From the NCBI RefSeq assembly GCF_009914755.1, contig NC_060926.1: DNA of 64,000 nt. One strand, written 5' to 3'. The translations under genes and the position numbers were made by a program. The stretch comes from the human T2T-CHM13v2.0 reference genome, Homo sapiens. Shown here in pieces: positions 59,319 to 64,000 of the stretch (position 1 is the first letter of the stretch; each line of letters opens with the position of its first letter). The notes below the pieces were generated by a model. It did not search any database, was not told the DNA's origin, and was given only the letters and a program-made list of their open reading frames with translations.

Positions 59319-59558
59319 TAATCATGTATACAATTTGGCTAATAAATCTTACAAAAAATTAAAATATGTTCTCCATGTTTATCACAAAACTGACGGTCAT
59401 GAGTTCTAAGTTTGTCAGTGCATTCCCAATTTCTTCACTAATCAATATTTATTGAACCACCATATGTATAAGATAAGCATACTGAGCACAAAAGACTGTG
59501 TCTAAATGAGGCCAAAAGAAATAAAACTACAAACTATATATCATTCAATCAATTAGTT

Positions 59559-59710
59559 CAGAGGTCGGCAAACTTTTTCTGTAAAAGGCCAGATAGTAAA
59601 TATTTTAGGCTCTGTGAGCCATAAGGTCTCTCTCACAATGACTCAACTCTGCCATTGTAGCAAGAAGCAGCCATACACTATAGGCAAAGAAATAGGCGCG
59701 GCTCTATCCT
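59559..59710 (+). mobile_element. MER58A (hAT-Charlie)
   Basis: cagaggtcggcaaactttttctgtaaaaggccagatagtaaatattttaggct. Confidence 0.82.
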
Positions 59711-62654
59711 TGTTGAATGCATAGGATGCAAATAAAACAAAACAAAAAACAGGAATGACTTTCTTCCCTGTGAATTAACTGACTACAAATAATTAAATAA
59801 ACTATCCAACTATATTGTATATAGTTACCTTCTGGAATTGCAGAAATGGTCTACAAGCTCCTTGGAAGCTGAATTTCATTACTCTGTTGATTCAGATATA
59901 GTTCGAATTGCTTTCATTCTTTCAGCATGTTACCATTGATAACTTTTCTTCTGTATATAAAATTTTTGTTTGTTTGTTTCTAGTCTTCTTGAGTTCTAGC
60001 AGGAAGCAGAGGGCACACTTAAAGTGTTTAACTTTAGGCTGCTTCAGACAAAAAAAAAGCATTTAAGTGAAAAGAAAGTAATGAAGGAATGATTTAGAGA
60101 GGCATGAGAAGGTAAGTGAATGAACATGGGGGCAGGGAACCACCCAAGGATGAACGATAGCAAGGAGCACTTCTCACCCCTAGGCCTGAAGGGGCAAGAG
60201 GAGGAAACTGTGCTGCCAGAACCCTGAAAGACCTGGAGCCTTGGAAGAGGAGTCTTTAAATAGGAACTGTGTCCATACAGTGTGGAGCCACTGCCATAAT
60301 CATGATGCAGAAGAAAGGCAAATAAATATCCCAATCTCTCCATCCTCCTCACTTATATTTCAGGCCAGTGCTTCCCTTCTGGCTGAACCCCCTGGAAGTA
60401 AAGAATAAGAAGCCCCATATGATGGTGTCCATAGAGGTCAACCTTCAGGGCACAGAAGACAGTGGGACCAGAAGCCCCAGTAGAAGACTGTGTAGCACAG
60501 AGCTGCATGTGAAAGGTGTGGAGAACACCTAGAACCATTTCTGTAGATTTTCTGAAAGTCATATAAGAAGGCAATTATTTTCAATTTAACAGAAGCTTAA
60601 GCTTTTGGTAAAATGTCATGAAGAGACAGAGGCAGCTGATAAGAATGTTAAACTGCCATAAAATTTATGGCGTATAGGTCAACATCTATGATCGATTGCT
60701 GCAAGGTATTAATTTTTTTTTTTTACAGTGTCTTGCTCTATCACCCAGGTTGGAGTGTAGTGGCATGATCACAGCTCACTGCAGCCTTGATCTCCCAGGC
60801 TTAAGCCACCCTCCTACCTCAGCCTCCTGAGTAGCTGGTACTATAGGTGTGTGTCACCATTCCTGGCTAATTTTTTTTTTTTTTAAGAGATGGGGTTTCA
60901 CTACATTACTCAGGCTGGTCTTCAACACATAGGGTCTAGGGTCAAGTGATCCTCCTGCCCTTGCCTCCCAAAGTGCTGGGATTACAGGTGTGAGCCACTG
61001 TGCCTGGCCAACAATTTTATTTTAACCGACAAATATATAGTATCAGTGTCCTGCAGTGTCTTGCAGATAGTATGTGCTCTGTATTAGTGGAATATATAAA
61101 TTTGTTGAATTAATTAATTTTCAATCATTATGAAATTAACATAGTAGGCCGGGCAGAGTGACTCACACCTATAATCCTAGCACGTTGGGAGGGGAAGGCG
61201 GGAGGATCGCTTGAGCCCGAGAACTTGAGACCAGCTTGGGAAACTTGGTGAAACCCCTGCTCTACAAAAAGTACAAAAATTAGCCAGGCATGATGGCATG
61301 CACCTGTAGTCCCAGCAACTGGGGACACTGGGGTGGGATGATCACCTGAGTCCAGGAGGTCGAGGCTGCAGTGAGCTGTGATCACACCACTGCACTCCAG
61401 CCTGAGCCACAGAGTGAGACCCTGTCTCAAAAAAACAACAACAACAAAAAACAAAACAAAACAAAACAAAAAAAACAAAGGGCCAAAAAGTCTCCTAACA
61501 AATCCTTTTTTCTAATCATCAGCTAGATTGCTTATCTTTTGCAATACATTCATCATGTGAGGATTTCGACTCTGAATTAGGAAGAAACTATCTGTGTCAT
61601 GTATCACAAACTCCTACACACTTTTTATGGAAATTTACTAGTAGACAGACCTCCAAGCTCTGGACTGGATTTATTTCGATCCCAAAAGGCAGCCTACTCT
61701 TAGTTTTAGATCTTAACCTCCTCCTTCTGTTTAGTTTAAGACATGGCAGTAGTATATCAATTTTATTATGGTAGCTACAAACAGTTTTGATTTAGTTACA
61801 ATTTTGAATTACTCAGCTGTCTCAGTCTTTTTTATTTTCACCTTTATTTACTATAACCCTATCTAACTCATGACCGAATTTTTTTTTTTAACAAGGGTCA
61901 TAAGGACAATGGCCATATTTTTCCTGCAGTGCAATGTGAAAGCATTTTTCTCTTACTCAATTAGCAAGAGCATATCAAATTACATAGAATTGGCAAAACT
62001 CAACATGATTTTGTGAAGAGCAAATCCTGCTGAACTAATTTCTTTTTTTTTTTTTAAACCAACTGCAAAACCTGGCAGATGGTATAGCAATGATCACCTC
62101 TGCAAAACATCAGCTGTGTCTACTTACTGGTATATACATCATGTGTTTTTAAATGTATTGCAGTGTACAAGTCTGAGGTAGAATCATGAAAGGAATACCT
62201 TCTTCTTCCGTCACTGTGTGAACGCTAATCTCAGCAAACAGACATAAATGAGACTGGAATTGGTTATTGAGTATGCCAAGTACACACAGACTGTAGATCA
62301 TCCCTTGTCTCCAGAGAAGCAGGAAAGTAGAATTCCACCTGGCTTAGAAATAGGTGACCTCGTGCAACCAGGATTTCTCTAAATTGTAAGTAACATAATA
62401 TCCCTGTACTTCTGCACCAAAGAACCTCCATCTTAACTATACTACAAAAAAAATCTGGCTGCTAAGAGGCAATAGGGAAATTAAAATTCTCCAAAAACAT
62501 CTATATATTTCAAAAATAATCTTTTGGTAACATCTGATGCTTCCTGATCTTGTGAGAAGCACCATCTACAAGCCTTAGCTGCAATGTCTGTCTAAAATTT
62601 TACACAAGGTGTTTTGTCCAATATGAGAACTCTCTATTTAGTTCCTTTTCTTTG

Positions 62655-63270
62655 TTCATTCAACAAACACACATTATGAGTATTTACTGCATACTAGGCA
62701 TTGGAGACATGAAGATGAATAAGACATTTCCTTTTGACACATGAACCCTCAGAGACCTTGTAGTCTGCTAAGGAATACAAACTAATTATTCTAAAACAAT
62801 TCAATCTGTAGTATATGCTATTTGTGGGAGAAACAAGGTTCAATAATGGAAAGTCAAGAAAGTCTCCACAGAAAGATGACTTTTGAGCCAGGCCTTGAGT
62901 GATAAGTAAGTGTTTAATGGGGAGTGGAAGTACAGGGAATTTCAGGTGGAAGAACCACCAAAGCAAAGCATCATCAAGGTATAGAAGAGTATATTGTGTC
63001 TGAGGAGCCATGAGTAGCTTGACGTGGCTAAAGAAGTTTCCAAATGTGGACAATGGTGAGAAATGAAAGTTAAAGTCATATTAAGAAGAAACCCAAATAT
63101 CACACTAAAGAACTTGGCCTTTTATCCTATTGGTCGTAGAGTACAACTGAGCTTTAAAAAAAAAAATCAAGGGAATGATATCAGATTTCTCCTTTAGAAG
63201 AAATTTCTAGCAGCACTATAGTAGGGGGATTGGAAAGAGGTGAGACTGTAGGCAGAGAAACCAGACAGGA
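62655..63270 (-). mobile_element. L2 3' region
   Basis: ttcattcaacaaaca...tatttactgcatactaggcattggaga... typical antisense L2 end. Confidence 0.65.
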
Positions 63271-63770
63271 GCTCCTCCTACTAATGTTTTATAGTTTCAA
63301 CTTCTACTGCTTTTGTTTGTCACAAGTTTAATACTGTCTTTTTTGAACTTTGCTGAGACAGGAGGTTTGAACACTGCCATCAAGTCAGCAACTTGTTCAT
63401 GTTGCCCTCTATTGGTAGAAAGGAAAAGAAATTACTATCAAGGGCATTATTTCACATTTCATTTGTTGATGGTATTTCGATTTTCCTGAAATAATGTTTG
63501 TTATGTTTTGTAACATAAAAAACATATGCTGGCATTATATTACAATTACAGGAATACCTCTGAAATTACACTTCGAGTAGTAAGGGGATAGTGTAGACAG
63601 CAACAACCACAGGAGTTCAAAGAGAGAAATGAATATGGTCTAGCCTGGAGACCTCTCTCTAAATTTCACTTACCTCTAATAATATGAATAATCATGTCTT
63701 GATTTATCTGCTTAGAATACACATGCAGATATATTTTAAGCAAACAAATTAAGACATCATGATTTTAAGT

Positions 63771-64000
63771 ATAGCCACACCTTGGAGTAGTTTGGTTCTA
63801 GACCACTGCAATAAAGCGAATATTGCAATAAAGCAGGAGATACAAATTTTTTGGTTTCCCAGTGCATAAGAAGTTATGTTTATACTATACTGTAGTCTAT
63901 TAAGTGTGCAGTAGCATTATGTATAAAAAAATATATATACCTGCATTAAAAAATACTCTATTGCTAAAAAATGCTAATGATCATCTGAGCCTTCAATGAC
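63771..64000. mobile_element. Tigger1 end, running off the window
   Basis: gaccactgcaataaagcgaatattgcaataaagc...ttttggtttcccagtgcata...tatactgtagtctattaagtgtgca. Confidence 0.82.

Noticed and set aside
59980-60480. Possible ancient LTR (ERVL/MaLR-like) remnant
   Set aside because: The resemblance is too degenerate to assign a family or boundaries without a search.

Overview
Human (primate) genomic DNA, Alu-dense (about 55-60 Alu/FLAM/FRAM copies) with L1, L2, MIR, LTR and DNA-transposon fossils. The only protein-coding gene I can support is the 5' end of CCDC88A (Girdin/GIV) on the minus strand. It has a CpG-island promoter at ~50.4-51.5 kb and coding exons 1-5 (50282-50220, 50119-50019, 20085-19977, 6084-6015, 3711-3653). 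These splice with GT-AG boundaries into an uninterrupted 134-codon N-terminus (MENEIFTPLLEQFMTSPLVTW...EQGTEEVKKLLLLLLGCAVQ; Hook-type N-terminal domain), and the gene continues beyond position 1. Positions ~51.5-64 kb are upstream, repeat-rich DNA. Nearly all ORFs in the supplied track are Alu/L1/microsatellite artefacts. I see no wholly new multi-gene system. The best leads are: (i) a candidate alternative first coding exon in intron 2 that is in frame with exon 3 and would replace the first 55 residues of Girdin; (ii) a candidate PTC-containing poison exon; (iii) four AUG uORFs upstream of the start codon; (iv) a triple-nested AluJ>AluS>twin-primed L1PA insertion; (v) a mariner-like MITE retaining a readable transposase C-terminus; (vi) AT-rich perfect palindromes. 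Repeat subfamily names are from recall of consensus sequences, not from a search.
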